Of a stretch of 64,000 nt of DNA, positions 46,001-55,794 are shown piece by piece. Both the position numbers and the translations under genes were made by a program. This DNA is from Tortispora ganteri (taxonomy: Eukaryota). The notes below the pieces were generated by a model. The model was not told the origin of the DNA. It did not search any database and was given only the letters and a program-made list of their open reading frames with translations. Position 1 is the stretch's first letter. Every line of letters begins with the position of its first letter. The stretch covers positions 1 to 64,000 of the forward strand of contig PPNB01000022.1 in the NCBI GenBank assembly GCA_003707115.1. Direction: 5' to 3'.

Positions 46001-48442
46001 AGAGTGTGCATTGACCAACTTACCAAGATATACACGCTACCCAACATTGAGATTCAAGAGGCGTTCTTGAAGTTGAGAGAACAAGCTAAATGTCACTACA
46101 AGAATCCGCAAGAACTCAATACTGGCTTAGAAGTTATTAGCAACACGAATTTGGCTTACTTTGGTGCTCCCCAGAAAGCTGAATTCTTCACTCTGAAAGG
46201 CATGTTCCTGGCTAAACTACAGCATAGTGAAGAAGCTAACCAAGCTTATGCTACAGCTATTCAAATTGACATGAATTTACCTAAAGCATGGGCAGAATGG
46301 GGCAGATTCAACGACGCCAAGTTCAAAGAGAATCCTAATGATCTTTCATTCGTCTCTAGTGCAATCAGCTGTTACCTCCAGGCTGCTGGCTTGTACAAGA
46401 GTCATAAATCACGCAGTCTTTTGGGACGAGTATTATGGTTATTAAGCCTTGACGATGCTAATCAGACATTGGCATCTGCTTTTGAGAGTTATCAAGGAGA
46501 AACTCCTGTTTGGTATTGGATCCTGTTCATTCCTCAGCTTTTGACCTCTTTGTCGCACAAGGAAGCAAGAATTGCCCGTTCTCTTTTGATCAAAATTGCT
46601 AAGAGCTATCCTCAGGCTTTGCACTTCCAACTGCGTACAACGAAGGACGATTACGCTGTGATTCAAAGACAGGCTATGCAAGCTCAGAACTCCAAGAAGA
46701 ACGAGAAGCAGTCTGCATCTACGGAGACGCCGAACAATGACAAAGAAACACCTAATGATGGCCAGAGCTCTGCTTCACTTCCTAGAGACAACATAAAGGT
46801 TGAATCGGGTAATTCTATGACCAGTGATGCTATTGCCAATCCACTGTCCCTGAACAGACAGCCATGGGAGTATGTTGATGAAATTATGGGAATTCTTAAA
46901 ACGGCCTACCCGTTGCTATCATTAGCGCTTGAAACTATGATTGATCAGATATGTCAAAGATTCAAGTGCACCCCAGAAGAGGATGCATATAGGCTTATTG
47001 TGGCTTTGCTCAACGATGGTGTACAGTTTATGAACCGCATGGCTTATCAGAATGAAGATACGAAACTTCCACCTGCTACAGAGCTGAATCTAACTAGAAT
47101 AGCCGACAGTCTCCTGCCGCCACATATTAGAAAGGTTTTCCGTGAAGATTTTGTCAACGAGAAGCCTACTCTGAAAGCATATGTGACTAAAATGCGCAAA
47201 TGGCGCGACAGATGGGAAGAAAGATTGGACAGTCGTCGTTCGTCTGTATCGTTAGAGTCGTTAAGTCCACATCTGTGTGAGTTCCACTACCAAAAGTTTG
47301 AGGAAATAGATATTCCTGGACAGTACTTGCAGCTAACGCAAAGCAATATCCATTTTGCTAAGATTGGACGCTTCTTGCCTGATGTCAAGCTCAACCGTGG
47401 GTTTGGAATTTGCTACAAGCAGATCAGCATCCAATCACATAGTGGAAGTGTGCATACGTTCACTATTCAGTATCCTGCCGCTAGACATTGTCGCCGCGAG
47501 GAACGTGTGTTACAACTAGCCCAGACCATGAATGCCATGTTGGAGCAAAGGACTGAATCCAGACGCCGACGGTTGAAATTCACAATCCCAGCTGCGATAC
47601 CTTTGACGCCACATATTCGCATAATCCAAGATAACCCGGATAATATCACTATGCAAGGTATATATGAGGATTGGTGCAAAACGCGAGGTCAATACAAAGA
47701 TGAGCCGATTATCTTTGCTATGCAGAAATTCCAAGAGGCTTTTGATGCAAATCATGGAAAGCCAGACCACGGAAGCCTTAAGTTCAAGATTCTCCAGACT
47801 ATTCAAGAAACGCTTGTGCCTGATCACGTTCTGCGCGACTATTTTGTCAGCGTTTACAAATCCTTTGAGGAATTTTGGTTATTCCGCAAACAGTTTTCGT
47901 ACCAGTATGCCGGTGTTGCTTTCTTGACATTTATGCTGAGCATCAACGGCAGATACCCTCATAAGCTTGTTATCACACGTTCTTCGGGATCTGTGTGGTC
48001 CAGCGAGATGTTACCGCTACTGCCGTCTCAGAACCAGTTCCCGCAGTTCCAGAACACCGAAAGGGTACCATTTAGGCTGACGCCTAACTTACAGCGGCTG
48101 ATGGGAAATGTTTCTTTAGAGGGTTTGTTTTCTCCATGCATGATGGTTATAAGCAAATGTTTGACAGACGAAGAGTCTGACTTGGAAGATTTCCTATCGC
48201 TATTCGTACGGGACGAAGTAATATCTTGGTATACGCAGCAACATCGTCCGGCTGCTCAAGATCAGCAGCTGCGCGATATAGTGCAAATGAACGTTGAGAA
48301 AATTACGAAAAAAGCTGCTAGCATGTCTCAACCTATGAGTGCAAAACATCCGACGAACCAAGCAGTTATTAATTTGATTGCGCAGGCCGTCAATCCGCGG
48401 GATTTGGCACTTGCCGATAATCTGTGGCTGCCGTACCTGTAA
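37058..48442 (+). CDS. TRA1: SAGA/NuA4 subunit Tra1 (TRRAP, PIKK pseudokinase)
   Basis: 3794 aa. 'SFKVLTECPIIVV', 'RKELLVATRH', 'LSSQGLRTLELCVDNL'-like segment, FAT region 'KIYTLPNIEIQEAFLKLREQAKCH', 'PFRLTPNLQ', FATC 'DNLWLPYL'. Confidence 0.98.
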   Translation: MAALSIETVKNLTDKITDSKHELRTRLVALIELKEVSDKILPSPDYTQIVPLLVPALYSTLDSTPPSFNAATVDQRFRNTIISVLYRLPMDENLQPFVSELINVLTNVIKTDNEENGTLSIKFLSSIFRSYKTAITDKVQPFLDLVCNIYRNMPAVVRESFESSSAATATPGTAPAMASPESAVNTFSSPWTASSPGISSDLADGSIGKPLAKAMCSFKVLTECPIIVVMLFTAHKEFIEPNLPVLIEQVIHMLRLEAPAQAEARPNAEAHNELYTIVSPAIKNRHLFGEFITAQVKTMSFLAYALRTFSSSLENYHNEIPEFVVRLLQDCPRELSASRKELLVATRHFLSTDVRTAFIPKIDILLERNVLVGDGLTVYETLRPLAYSMVADLIHHVRNELSVKQIWKAVRVYCANMQDMSLSNSFHIMSAKLLLNLVERIMQLQDNLEGRQLLITIISAFADKFAQLNMCYPHALASASKEIKSGDKAASDEMQVDTDTNSFASLDFFDVNQAFPIKIGTETRIDGLKDGKNLFKGLMTFLRTSMFGLKNCNPPPPPTEMPDLQWNDCVRGLTYDEVLMFRKLFREGIKCFSYFSSPKTTAVNEQNSAKIESSLNSKEERENMEFFATVFIHIDPPSFNEILESEMENLYMAIAENSTLLYLPQFFLSSEATSTNCVIILMDFLVKNLENLGKSDSAQTSVMMRLFKLSFMAVNLFPAANEDSLLPYLQKLIVSCMKLSTSAEEPLNYFILLRTLFRSIGGGRFEKLYKEVLPLLQTLLDSLNNLLLSARIPQARDLYVELCLTVPVRLSVLVPHLSYLMLPLVIALRDSPELVSQGLRTLELCVDNLTAEYFDPILEPYISDVMAALWSHLRPLPYSHVHAHTALRILGKLGGRNRRFLQPPDDFEFRRYLKEDPAIYFKLNGIKEAQKFEFVVPVAKHAIQLLDNPRLDSRYHVYAFKYLAEVSKMLFRSARIPEDYEGTMHNVIQLSLMENPPKFTLNEEITDADEKLSSINYMETCVDQENKFMKSVIEALFSTAHLPDVKEEAVSLLKNIAEHVILLEFDKVPRTILARTAVDFNIDKDLRVPHLDLIEGFLISLAHAMSSWRVETVDIAKEIENHMLDTLQRFFKNTADLLNFVGVLDMISAFCHTCHNSLWYVKHGGVIALTIIFDRCDENNKASLTWFHKRLFEIVRALLFVLKDISPETPTFVSTAAKDLLLKILKQYCSQLSEDEVTLKKFQQLCGILAYDLVNPSELVRKSIKDAFVAISEITGKPQTDLLYPVKATFLQPIFGKPLRALPFPNQVGNIDAVVFCMGLSEDFLEFNDELKRLIAEVMAIADADDESLASAHKVDEYRTSIQLVQLRIRCIKLLSLVINSQYFITSDEEQKQEKGQARARILAIFFKTLYLKDSEIVDAAHECLADYLAQNNKLPRDILQIGLKPILMNISDHTRLTVSGLEGLGRLLELLTKYFKVEIGHKLFDHLKTLSDPVSLLAASSRVLWSQQKIKIMAAIYAVYHCLPAAASIFLNDLATTLLQLESQLHVSIMSPFRKPLALFTNRHHDESAAYFAARIKEGPMSHLFIGLLKEKCSTELRTVVATKLTEIIDESIYTEENIEARSIGICNLIEVISTLSSYDSEFIKKNQSLFPKLIAMFADLHTVINTTWLTSPVHLSSKRAQALLEELMRDYFTEFPADSDTLYTLIEHVVNEDISSVNTLHIIIFDLIVSNTDAVIRGSYLESALKFASTASIAGKVYVFKYIINMILMKEAACHNDLSALVEKASPNIGSKPNWLEQVFVHVWKNSSLDSLDEASGVIDKYRFQLLQLTCIVIKYGAPLVNDIRKDIIKFLWGCGRIEDVLSKQANHLVIVHFIDAFETPAKMVTQVYVSLLKSQQSEARILVRESLDVLSVRLVSRIGPSKWAKWVYRVLQEELQHVSQVVNIFYFISTKRDMFYPHRSMFAAAMVNAIPKLAFSGSSPVDHASENLVLAIDLASTILEWIQRQKLEASDTESSELQAPRRSKRKHDENVKEGEEDVELVVSEPIELSLNAKESLVSCLIRLICMHPKKVSDNELYRKIIKILSGLLGPDVWPDVTNAIQLDVFERTIALNDTDERSVNITINTLEVIYIVLQSKPKEWVERSYETFTKLLDQAIKCDSLVVHETLEKIIDFLLNHISTVYAETEGDEENTMPDGPEQLVQLITQTIQDKLTSAVSASGNSSTTQKNAASSDSNEPDISVGKSYGAGVILASSLVKFMPRRSDSLLPLFMKAFGRLCREHIMLMQQRNQQSASARNGSQSPENPIDTIQFEHNSGIIRDLIFRMLDIGKTRIAALGDQRRTFLSVLERLVEWSTDIQLCQKLLRLVHSWIFEPKEVFPTIKEKTMLVAKMTVFEARDNAELTEDFYDMVTSIFSHPQLLKTDLVIRLEHSFLIGTRIENFTVRKRLMNILDNSLNRNAWMRLWYVLKYQNWESLSDSMWLNQALQLIYGAINREQNVQPEGNRLTARPITSVFESIDESDGMQIDLDDEVSAAVASFLDDRKIFIDSMSVLSIGSLIDSVVEMQYVAPEIVRLMWINMFSVICCNVSKRDLSELFQILLSLFSRDYHTRQADKNPNVVSIMLEGLHHVSDKLILPPHLIKFLGKAYNGWYDAIGMLEEYPENSYTSDEKVREAALDALAELYSSLEETDMFYGLWRRRCEYTETNVAISHEQVSQWEKAQQLYEAAQIKARSGVLPYSEREYGLWEDHWILCEQKLQQWDVLTEIAKHENFTDLLLECAWRMADWASDGEPLEQSIKTVMDIPTPRRQVFEAFMHLQKCLQKTESLSDLSKSCDEGIQLSLRKWRTLPMRISDAHIPLLETFQRYVELMEASQIYQNLHATNVQNLESKTQELKGILQAWRERLPNVWDDFNIWSDLVTWRQNVFSVINKVYIPMVSALQAAGVNSSSANSYGYRGYHEIAWIINRFAHVARLQDMSRVCIDQLTKIYTLPNIEIQEAFLKLREQAKCHYKNPQELNTGLEVISNTNLAYFGAPQKAEFFTLKGMFLAKLQHSEEANQAYATAIQIDMNLPKAWAEWGRFNDAKFKENPNDLSFVSSAISCYLQAAGLYKSHKSRSLLGRVLWLLSLDDANQTLASAFESYQGETPVWYWILFIPQLLTSLSHKEARIARSLLIKIAKSYPQALHFQLRTTKDDYAVIQRQAMQAQNSKKNEKQSASTETPNNDKETPNDGQSSASLPRDNIKVESGNSMTSDAIANPLSLNRQPWEYVDEIMGILKTAYPLLSLALETMIDQICQRFKCTPEEDAYRLIVALLNDGVQFMNRMAYQNEDTKLPPATELNLTRIADSLLPPHIRKVFREDFVNEKPTLKAYVTKMRKWRDRWEERLDSRRSSVSLESLSPHLCEFHYQKFEEIDIPGQYLQLTQSNIHFAKIGRFLPDVKLNRGFGICYKQISIQSHSGSVHTFTIQYPAARHCRREERVLQLAQTMNAMLEQRTESRRRRLKFTIPAAIPLTPHIRIIQDNPDNITMQGIYEDWCKTRGQYKDEPIIFAMQKFQEAFDANHGKPDHGSLKFKILQTIQETLVPDHVLRDYFVSVYKSFEEFWLFRKQFSYQYAGVAFLTFMLSINGRYPHKLVITRSSGSVWSSEMLPLLPSQNQFPQFQNTERVPFRLTPNLQRLMGNVSLEGLFSPCMMVISKCLTDEESDLEDFLSLFVRDEVISWYTQQHRPAAQDQQLRDIVQMNVEKITKKAASMSQPMSAKHPTNQAVINLIAQAVNPRDLALADNLWLPYL

Positions 48443-48472
48443 TTATATTACTATTTTTGTGTCAATAGTGTG

Positions 48473-49129
48473 TTAATTTTCTGTTTTTCTTGTAAACTTT
48501 ACACCAAACACTGGCTTTTTTTTTAGTGGTTTAGCGACAAAGAATCCTGTTGTCTTTGGTTTGTCGTTAGATCTTTTTACTGTAATAGTGGTCGATGGCT
48601 GAGTTATATTTGCTAGTTCAAGATGAGCATTTCTAGCACGAAGATTTTCTATTGTATCAATCATTTGAATTTCGCGCTCTTCTGCACGACGTTTGTCTTC
48701 AATTCTTTCTATTTTGTCTTGTTCTTCTTTTTCTTGTTCTTCTTTTTCTAGACGCGCAAGTCGTTGTTCATCAGTTTCTGTCTCTTTGGTTGGATCTCGC
48801 CATGGTTCAAAGTTACGGACTGCACCATTCTCAGCAACATAATCGGCATTTTTAGGATCTGTTTTAAATGTGATCTCACCTGAACAATGTGTACATCGTA
48901 CATAGAACCGCCATATTTTGACGCCTAAATATGTATCGTTAGTGAACTCTTTCTTAGCATTGAACTTCTTGCCCTTATAGATGAACTCGCCACATGCAGT
49001 GCAGCGCATAGAATATGGCAAAGCTAGCCGAACAGACTGCCGACTATCTTTCTTTTTGATTTTTGTTTTTACAACGTTCGGATCATAATCTGGCGGTATG
49101 TACTTATTCAATGATTTTCGTTCGGACAT
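48473..49129 (-). CDS. YJU2: Splicing factor Yju2/Cwc16
   Basis: '[17 protein letters not shown]', zinc motifs '[16 protein letters not shown]' and 'CTHC', '[10 protein letters not shown]...GAVRNFE'. Confidence 0.95.
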   Translation of the reverse strand: MSERKSLNKYIPPDYDPNVVKTKIKKKDSRQSVRLALPYSMRCTACGEFIYKGKKFNAKKEFTNDTYLGVKIWRFYVRCTHCSGEITFKTDPKNADYVAENGAVRNFEPWRDPTKETETDEQRLARLEKEEQEKEEQDKIERIEDKRRAEEREIQMIDTIENLRARNAHLELANITQPSTTITVKRSNDKPKTTGFFVAKPLKKKPVFGVKFTRKTEN

Positions 49130-49596
49130 GTTGTAAGTGTTTATTTATTGTGGCTCGCTGGTACAAACAAAATCATAAATGAATGATTTTACTCTTAGGA
49201 CACAAGATGTGTACTGATGATACTCATACTCCCAATCTTTTCCAATGTTCTGAAGTTGTCATAGCAACATTGGTCACTGCTTTAGTTGTTTCATCTTGAG
49301 AATTTGTCTTATTATTACCAATATACACTGACCATTATATCTTAAATTTATACGATCTGCGATTTCTCTCTTCCTTATTCTCTATTAAATTCTGTTTAAG
49401 CTTTATCTATACAGTGCAATTGGTGTATTGATAATTTCTACGCCTTCTCTATTACCGTAAAGTTTCGCCCTCAAAAACGAAACGTTCCTCATTCAAGCCT
49501 TATACAATACATCCCCCTCATCATCTGCACATATATAAATTATCAGGACCTGCCGTTTTGTAATATCTCTCTAAAACACAGGCATTCCTTAAGGAT

Positions 49597-52482
49597 ATGC
49601 CGACACATTTTGGCGATAACCATGATTTTGCTACTACCTTCAAGGTACACGAGATCAAAGCATTCTTTCTTAGCTTTATTGCCTTGCACTACATATATAT
49701 CATAGCATGGTCAATCATCGGCTCTATTATTATATACCCTGCTAAGAACATGAATTATATTGATGCACTCTTCTTTGGTGTCGGTTCAGCTACACAATCA
49801 GGATTAAATACGGTTAATATATACACTATGGAAATATACCAGCAGGTATTCATCTTCCTTATCTGTATTTTCACTAATCCGATAACAATTCATTCCGGAG
49901 TAGCATTCTTAAGACTATATTGGTATAGGAAAAGATTCGACGACATACAACGCAGCTCAAAATACTATGCAGGCATCAGAAGAAGCCTTTCGATGGCTCA
50001 GCCGGTTCCTTCTACATCTCTGGACGAACAAGGGTCGTCACACACAGGCGGACTCGCTAATCTCATCAATAGATCAAAAGGTCGCATACGCAGGGGACTC
50101 AGACGAGTAAGTACATCCAATGAAGGTGTGTCTGTTGATAACTCTTTTCCAGCTCACTCATTTAACCAGACACATTCAACGTCCCGAAAAACAGCTCGTT
50201 CAATAGGCAGTGCTGACGACCACTCTGCTGAAGACTTCTACACCGAAACAGACGCTCTTCCGACTGTACGTGATATCCGCTTTGAAAATGTACCGCATCC
50301 CCGTTATCAGACTGAAAGCCACCAGGCTTCTGACCATTTTGCGTCATCTGAAGCCAATCCCAACAACGCCTACTCTAACGAAATGGGTTTTGGCTCAATA
50401 TTATCTCGTCGCGTAAGCGCAGACTTCTCTGATGGGCCACCTCTTGTTATCAAAGGCCCGCGTGAGCTTGAGCTCGATTCTAACATGGCTGAAAATGGAC
50501 CAGTCAAACAGAACTCACCCATTAACGGCAACTCCGATAATTTAAAGGACTCTGATCAGGAAGCGAGTCCAAATCCCCTGAGACCGATCCGCTCATTGGA
50601 TGCCAAGCATCTCTCAAGAGTCTCCTCAAATGACTTGGGCCATGTCTCATTTAAGATCAATGACCGTGCACATACATATGATAACATTGCTGATAGTCAC
50701 CATGGACCTACAGATAAGCTACACTATAAAAAGCGGCCAGCGCATACTATTCTGCCTCCATTTGTTTATTCAGCTACCAATGACCTGGTCCGAGCAGGAA
50801 CCCGTCCTCTTCGCGCAATCACCTCTTTCTCGGTGGAAAATGCATTCAACGCTATTGAGCGCCGATCGAGCCACGTCACACATAGCGATCAACCTTATCT
50901 ATCTTATAACGCTACCATTGGAAGAAACTCGGTGTTTATTAACCTCACGAAGGAACAAAAGGAAGAGCTTGGCGGAGTAGAGTACCGTTCATTAAAACTG
51001 CTCTTGAAGATTTTAGTGACTTACTATGTAGGTTTTACAGCTATCTCATTTGCAGTTTTTATTCCATTTCTTTACGCATCAGACAAAAAGTACATGGAAG
51101 ACGTGAGACAATACAACATTAACCCTGTCTGGTGGGGAGTGAGCACAGCACTGACAAGTTTCAACGATCTAGGCTTTTCAACCACGCCTAATTCAATGAT
51201 ACCATTTTACGATTCATCATACGTTATTGTGTGGTCTGGATTTTTTATTGTTATTGGCAATACAGGCTTTCCTATACTTCTTCGTTTTATTATTTGGATT
51301 ATGGAGAAGTGTGCTCCAAAATATTCCAGCATGAAGGAGAACTTAATGTTCTTGCTTGATCATCCTCGTAGGTGTTTCACTATGCTTTTTCCTTCGCAAG
51401 CCACATGGTATCTCTTCATGGTACTTATTGTATTGAATGGAATTGACTGGATTTTTTTTATTATCCTTGACATTAACAACCAAGTGATTGAGGCATGGCC
51501 TGGCAACATAAAAGCAGCTGTTGGATTGTTTCAAGCTGTTACCACTCGGACAGCTGGTCTGACTGCGATAAACATTTCTGATCTCAATCCAGCAGTAAGT
51601 GTCAGTTACGTTATCATGATGTATATCTCAGTGTTGCCGCTTGCGATGTCTATCAGACGGACTAACGTATACGAAGGACCGAGTCTGGGGATATATGCGA
51701 ACGACGGTTCCGGTGCCAATCCTGATGACGTAATTGACCAGGACGACAATTTGTCGACGAATGGTAGATCAGTAGCGCCAAGTGGCAATCCTACGACTTC
51801 CAGCTTTTTTTCTGATACTGGTTCGCGTGGGTTGAATCACTTATGGCACATGGCAGGACAATCAAAAGGACGCACTTCGTTTATTTCTCAACATTTACGC
51901 AAACAGCTCGGGTTTGATTTGTGGTTTATTGCAATTGCGGTGTTTTTTTTATGTATAACAGAATCTGGGAAAATTAACACTGGCCAACCGGGTGGCTTCT
52001 CTATATTTGCGGTTATTTTTGAGACCATTTCGGCTTATGGAACGGTAGGCTTATCTTTAGGATATGTTGGCGGTTATGAGTCATTATGCTCGCAATTCTC
52101 TATTGTTGGTAAATTAATTATAATTGCGACTATGATTAGAGGGCGACATCGTGGTTTGCCGTACAAGCTTGATCGTGCTGTTCTGCTTGGCACACTTGGT
52201 GCCGCTGATGATAATGCGATTGTTGAAGTTTTGGCAAGACAATATAACTCAAAAAATGCTGATATGGATGCAGATGGTACTATTTCTTCGAGTATGTCAG
52301 AGATCAGCCGTACAGGCGGCCGTGCTTTCCAGCCGATGCCGAACGCATTCCCTGACCTTGAAGCGCAGGCTGGCAAGACGACACACTCAGACGAAGTGTA
52401 TGATGCACAATCAACAAATGGAGATACACATCACGATATTCACATGCCGTCGACTATCAGAGGTACTGATGAGGCTGTTTGA
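49597..52482 (+). CDS. TRK1: Trk-family K+ transporter
   Basis: Four pore loops 'SATQSGLNTV', 'SFNDLGFS', 'TRTAGL', 'SAYGTVGLSLG'; also 'LGGVEYRSLK' and 'IRGRHRGLP' (TRK1/TRK2 family). Confidence 0.95.
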   Translation: MPTHFGDNHDFATTFKVHEIKAFFLSFIALHYIYIIAWSIIGSIIIYPAKNMNYIDALFFGVGSATQSGLNTVNIYTMEIYQQVFIFLICIFTNPITIHSGVAFLRLYWYRKRFDDIQRSSKYYAGIRRSLSMAQPVPSTSLDEQGSSHTGGLANLINRSKGRIRRGLRRVSTSNEGVSVDNSFPAHSFNQTHSTSRKTARSIGSADDHSAEDFYTETDALPTVRDIRFENVPHPRYQTESHQASDHFASSEANPNNAYSNEMGFGSILSRRVSADFSDGPPLVIKGPRELELDSNMAENGPVKQNSPINGNSDNLKDSDQEASPNPLRPIRSLDAKHLSRVSSNDLGHVSFKINDRAHTYDNIADSHHGPTDKLHYKKRPAHTILPPFVYSATNDLVRAGTRPLRAITSFSVENAFNAIERRSSHVTHSDQPYLSYNATIGRNSVFINLTKEQKEELGGVEYRSLKLLLKILVTYYVGFTAISFAVFIPFLYASDKKYMEDVRQYNINPVWWGVSTALTSFNDLGFSTTPNSMIPFYDSSYVIVWSGFFIVIGNTGFPILLRFIIWIMEKCAPKYSSMKENLMFLLDHPRRCFTMLFPSQATWYLFMVLIVLNGIDWIFFIILDINNQVIEAWPGNIKAAVGLFQAVTTRTAGLTAINISDLNPAVSVSYVIMMYISVLPLAMSIRRTNVYEGPSLGIYANDGSGANPDDVIDQDDNLSTNGRSVAPSGNPTTSSFFSDTGSRGLNHLWHMAGQSKGRTSFISQHLRKQLGFDLWFIAIAVFFLCITESGKINTGQPGGFSIFAVIFETISAYGTVGLSLGYVGGYESLCSQFSIVGKLIIIATMIRGRHRGLPYKLDRAVLLGTLGAADDNAIVEVLARQYNSKNADMDADGTISSSMSEISRTGGRAFQPMPNAFPDLEAQAGKTTHSDEVYDAQSTNGDTHHDIHMPSTIRGTDEAV

Positions 52483-52794
52483 GATTTAATTTAGGTGCCT
52501 ATTAGAGACCTTTTTTTTTTTTGATATATACATTTTGAACCTGCCGTCCCAATGTCGGGTGGGCTTCGTGGTGTATCCCACACCAACGTAACTTCCCTCC
52601 CACCCTCTAAACTCCACCACAGCTGCACATCTTTACCGTTAAAAGCCAAACGCGCTCTAGTGCACTGTAAAAATACCCGGAAGGAAAATAAACAGCATTT
52701 GTTGTTTACTTAATAAGATTTACTGTATTAATCTTTTACGTTTGCATTTCTACTTGCATTTGTCCGTATTATTTGCCAGATCTGATAGATAGTC

Positions 52795-55794
52795 ATGAAA
52801 TCCCCAAGAGTGGGTATACGCATCCAGTTAATTTCCTGGGTGTCAATATGCGTGGTTCTATCTCTTGTGGTGAATACTTGCGTTTTGTATTCAAAATCAG
52901 CACACTCGGTTGAAAGTATACAAGGAGATCGTCTTATTAAGACAACTGAGTCCCGCGGTAATCAGATCTACTCTTCTTTGAATCATGTCATAGATGACGC
53001 CGAGTGGCTTTCTACACTCAACGAAATGAAACAGGCTTTGTTACCTTTAAGCAGAAATGTATCTGCTGCAGTAGAAACTTCTGACTATGCTACAAATCTT
53101 CAGTCCGTCAACAATATTCTGAATTTATTACTACAAACATCCACCTATCTTAAACAAGCTATTGTCTTCGACAGTAATCTCAACGTCTATACCAACAGAT
53201 CATCAGCTTACAACGCATTTGGTACCACTCAAGGTCTGGGGTCTGCACTGATTCCTATAACAAATGTCACTGATCTGCCTTCTTCGCTATACGACTCGTC
53301 TGGCCTCCTTTTAGGCCCAATGCGCGTCTCAGGGTCCTCACAGGTGAATGGAAGTCAATATTTATTTAGCTACACATTGGGTATTGTCAATGGTACAGGT
53401 ATCACGGGCATTTCTGACGCATCAACTGACAAATCCATAGTAATGGGTTTCCTGACTCTCATCTTTTCTTCCGCTATATTCCAATCCGCTAATCCTATCG
53501 CCGGTGATGCCGATATCAGCGCAAATGAACCAGACCTGTTTTATATCGCTACAAATGATGCTGATTTACAAAATTCAGCTAGCACCGACTCAGTTATTCT
53601 CAGTTTATATTCTCTTGATTACCTAATAAGCCCTAACCAAAACTCAGACCCTATATGCTATTCTGGCGAATGCTACAATCCGATATCGTACGCTAATCTC
53701 ACAAATCTCGGTGTATCTGAAAAGGACAGGAAATCAGGTGACTTCATTGTATTAGCACATACCGTCATGGGCCTTGTGCCGCTATCATCGTTATCTGCTG
53801 CTAACTGGACAGCTATTTTGATTACTTCAAAAGAATCATTTTATGCGCCTGTCAACGACTTGCGCAATTCTGTCATTATCATCTGCTTGACCATGTCTTT
53901 TGGCGTATGCGTTGCTACATTTTTTCTTGCTAGGATATCACTACGTCCTATTATTCAGCTCCGTGACACGACTGTCGGGATTATTGCTGAAATTACAGAT
54001 GATGATACCTCACAAACAAAGCCTAAAGCACCCAAAAAGCCGTCTAAGTTCGCCGTATGGATGAATGGCTTCAAGTCAAAGATATTCTCTAGCAATCGAC
54101 ACTGCGGTTCTACACTTGAAAAGGCCAGCAAGCACTGGTCTAGTGGCTCTTCCACGCAATTTAATGACATCGCATTCACCGAAGATGCCGTGGTGTATGT
54201 TAATTCGAACCAAGCCACAAAACGACTACCTTCACGCGTTCCTAAGCGACAACGTGTATTATTTCGCGATGAATTTACTGATCTTACTGAAGCATTTAAT
54301 AAAATGATTGACGAATTGTTCTCTCAATATAACACGCTGGAATTCCGTGTTTCTGAAAGAACAAGGGAACTTGAAAAGGCAAAACTTGAAGCTGAAAACG
54401 CCAACGAGGCCAAAACAGCATTCATTGCCAATATATCACATGAGTTACGGACACCGTTGAACGGAATTCTGGGTATCACGGACATTTTAATGACGGAAAC
54501 CTCTTTAACAAAAATTCGTTCGTCGCTGGTAATGGTATCAAGATCAGGAGAGCTTTTACTTCATTTGTTGACAGATTTATTAACATTTTCAAAGAATCAG
54601 CTTGGTCACGTCACACTAGATGAAAGCCCCTTTTTCATCTTTGACATAACGGATCAGATTTTAATGACATTTAGCCGTGAGGCTAAGAAGAAAGGGATTG
54701 TGTTTGCGTATAAACCAGATAAGTGCGCTAAATACAACAATTATGAGTTTTTGGGTGACACGAATCGATTGCTGCAAGTACTGATAAATATAGTTTCGAA
54801 TTCTCTAAAATTTACTGAACGCGGGGGTGCGGTTGTTTTGACCTTGTCTTATTACTCTGAGGATGAGGAATGCAAAATTCCTGCAGCTCATCTACTCCAT
54901 TCCGACGAAGTGTCTCGGTTAAAATCTACTCTTGGCTCACGCGAGATAAAAGCTCAAGATACGGAGAACGCATTTCTTGAGCTGCCAGAACAAGGCGAAT
55001 ATTTTGAGACTAGCCTTGGAAGCAAAGTGAAGAAAGGCAGCATAATTTGGCTCGTATTTGATCTGAAAGATACTGGTATTGGAATTGCCGATAATATTCA
55101 GGACCGAGTATTTGAAGCATTTGTACAAGGAGACTCATCGTTGTCTAAAAAGTACTCTGGTACAGGACTGGGTCTTGCTATTTGTCGCCAATTATGCGAG
55201 CTCATGGGTGGAAGCATTAAATTGGCGATATCAAAGCTAGATGTGGGAACCACAATCAGAGTAAAAATTCCTCTTAAATTTTTAGGTGTGCGCCGAACTA
55301 TGATCCGCGAACTGGACATCGAAAGTCCTACTGAAACGAACAAGTTTGAATCGGATACCGATTATTTTGGCGAGGATTCGGTAGGATCAAGCCCAGTGAG
55401 TCCTATAAGGGATAGAATAGGACGATCGCAAACGAAGATTCTGATTGCAGATGACAATTCGATTAACCAAGAGATCATGCGAAGGATGCTCGAATTGGAA
55501 GGATACACTAATTTGGTTACTGTGTATGATGGTAAGGATGCCATTGAGACTATGGAGAAAGAGGGGCAATCCATTGATCTGATCTTTATGGATGTGCAAA
55601 TGCCTCACGTAAACGGATTAGAAGCTACAAGACACATAAGGACAATGTGTGGATACAAAGGGCCAATTATCGCGCTTACAGCGTACACGGACCAACAGAA
55701 CCGAACTGAGACTACCGATGTCGGGATGGACTACTTTTTGGCAAAACCCATAAGAAAGAAAGAGCTGCACGAGGTGCTGAAAAAGTTCTTGTGA
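52795..55794 (+). CDS. SLN1: Osmosensing hybrid histidine kinase
   Basis: Two TM segments flanking an extracellular loop, split HAMP, H-box 'FIANISHELRTPLNGI', 'NSLKFT', 'DTGIGI', 'GTGLGL', receiver 'IFMDVQMP'. Confidence 0.92.
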   Translation: MKSPRVGIRIQLISWVSICVVLSLVVNTCVLYSKSAHSVESIQGDRLIKTTESRGNQIYSSLNHVIDDAEWLSTLNEMKQALLPLSRNVSAAVETSDYATNLQSVNNILNLLLQTSTYLKQAIVFDSNLNVYTNRSSAYNAFGTTQGLGSALIPITNVTDLPSSLYDSSGLLLGPMRVSGSSQVNGSQYLFSYTLGIVNGTGITGISDASTDKSIVMGFLTLIFSSAIFQSANPIAGDADISANEPDLFYIATNDADLQNSASTDSVILSLYSLDYLISPNQNSDPICYSGECYNPISYANLTNLGVSEKDRKSGDFIVLAHTVMGLVPLSSLSAANWTAILITSKESFYAPVNDLRNSVIIICLTMSFGVCVATFFLARISLRPIIQLRDTTVGIIAEITDDDTSQTKPKAPKKPSKFAVWMNGFKSKIFSSNRHCGSTLEKASKHWSSGSSTQFNDIAFTEDAVVYVNSNQATKRLPSRVPKRQRVLFRDEFTDLTEAFNKMIDELFSQYNTLEFRVSERTRELEKAKLEAENANEAKTAFIANISHELRTPLNGILGITDILMTETSLTKIRSSLVMVSRSGELLLHLLTDLLTFSKNQLGHVTLDESPFFIFDITDQILMTFSREAKKKGIVFAYKPDKCAKYNNYEFLGDTNRLLQVLINIVSNSLKFTERGGAVVLTLSYYSEDEECKIPAAHLLHSDEVSRLKSTLGSREIKAQDTENAFLELPEQGEYFETSLGSKVKKGSIIWLVFDLKDTGIGIADNIQDRVFEAFVQGDSSLSKKYSGTGLGLAICRQLCELMGGSIKLAISKLDVGTTIRVKIPLKFLGVRRTMIRELDIESPTETNKFESDTDYFGEDSVGSSPVSPIRDRIGRSQTKILIADDNSINQEIMRRMLELEGYTNLVTVYDGKDAIETMEKEGQSIDLIFMDVQMPHVNGLEATRHIRTMCGYKGPIIALTAYTDQQNRTETTDVGMDYFLAKPIRKKELHEVLKKFL

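Noticed and set aside
49180..49245. Possible C/D snoRNA (TGATGA...CTGA) between YJU2 and TRK
   Set aside because: Boxes are too close and I cannot match a convincing rRNA guide. A snoscan/Infernal run would settle it.
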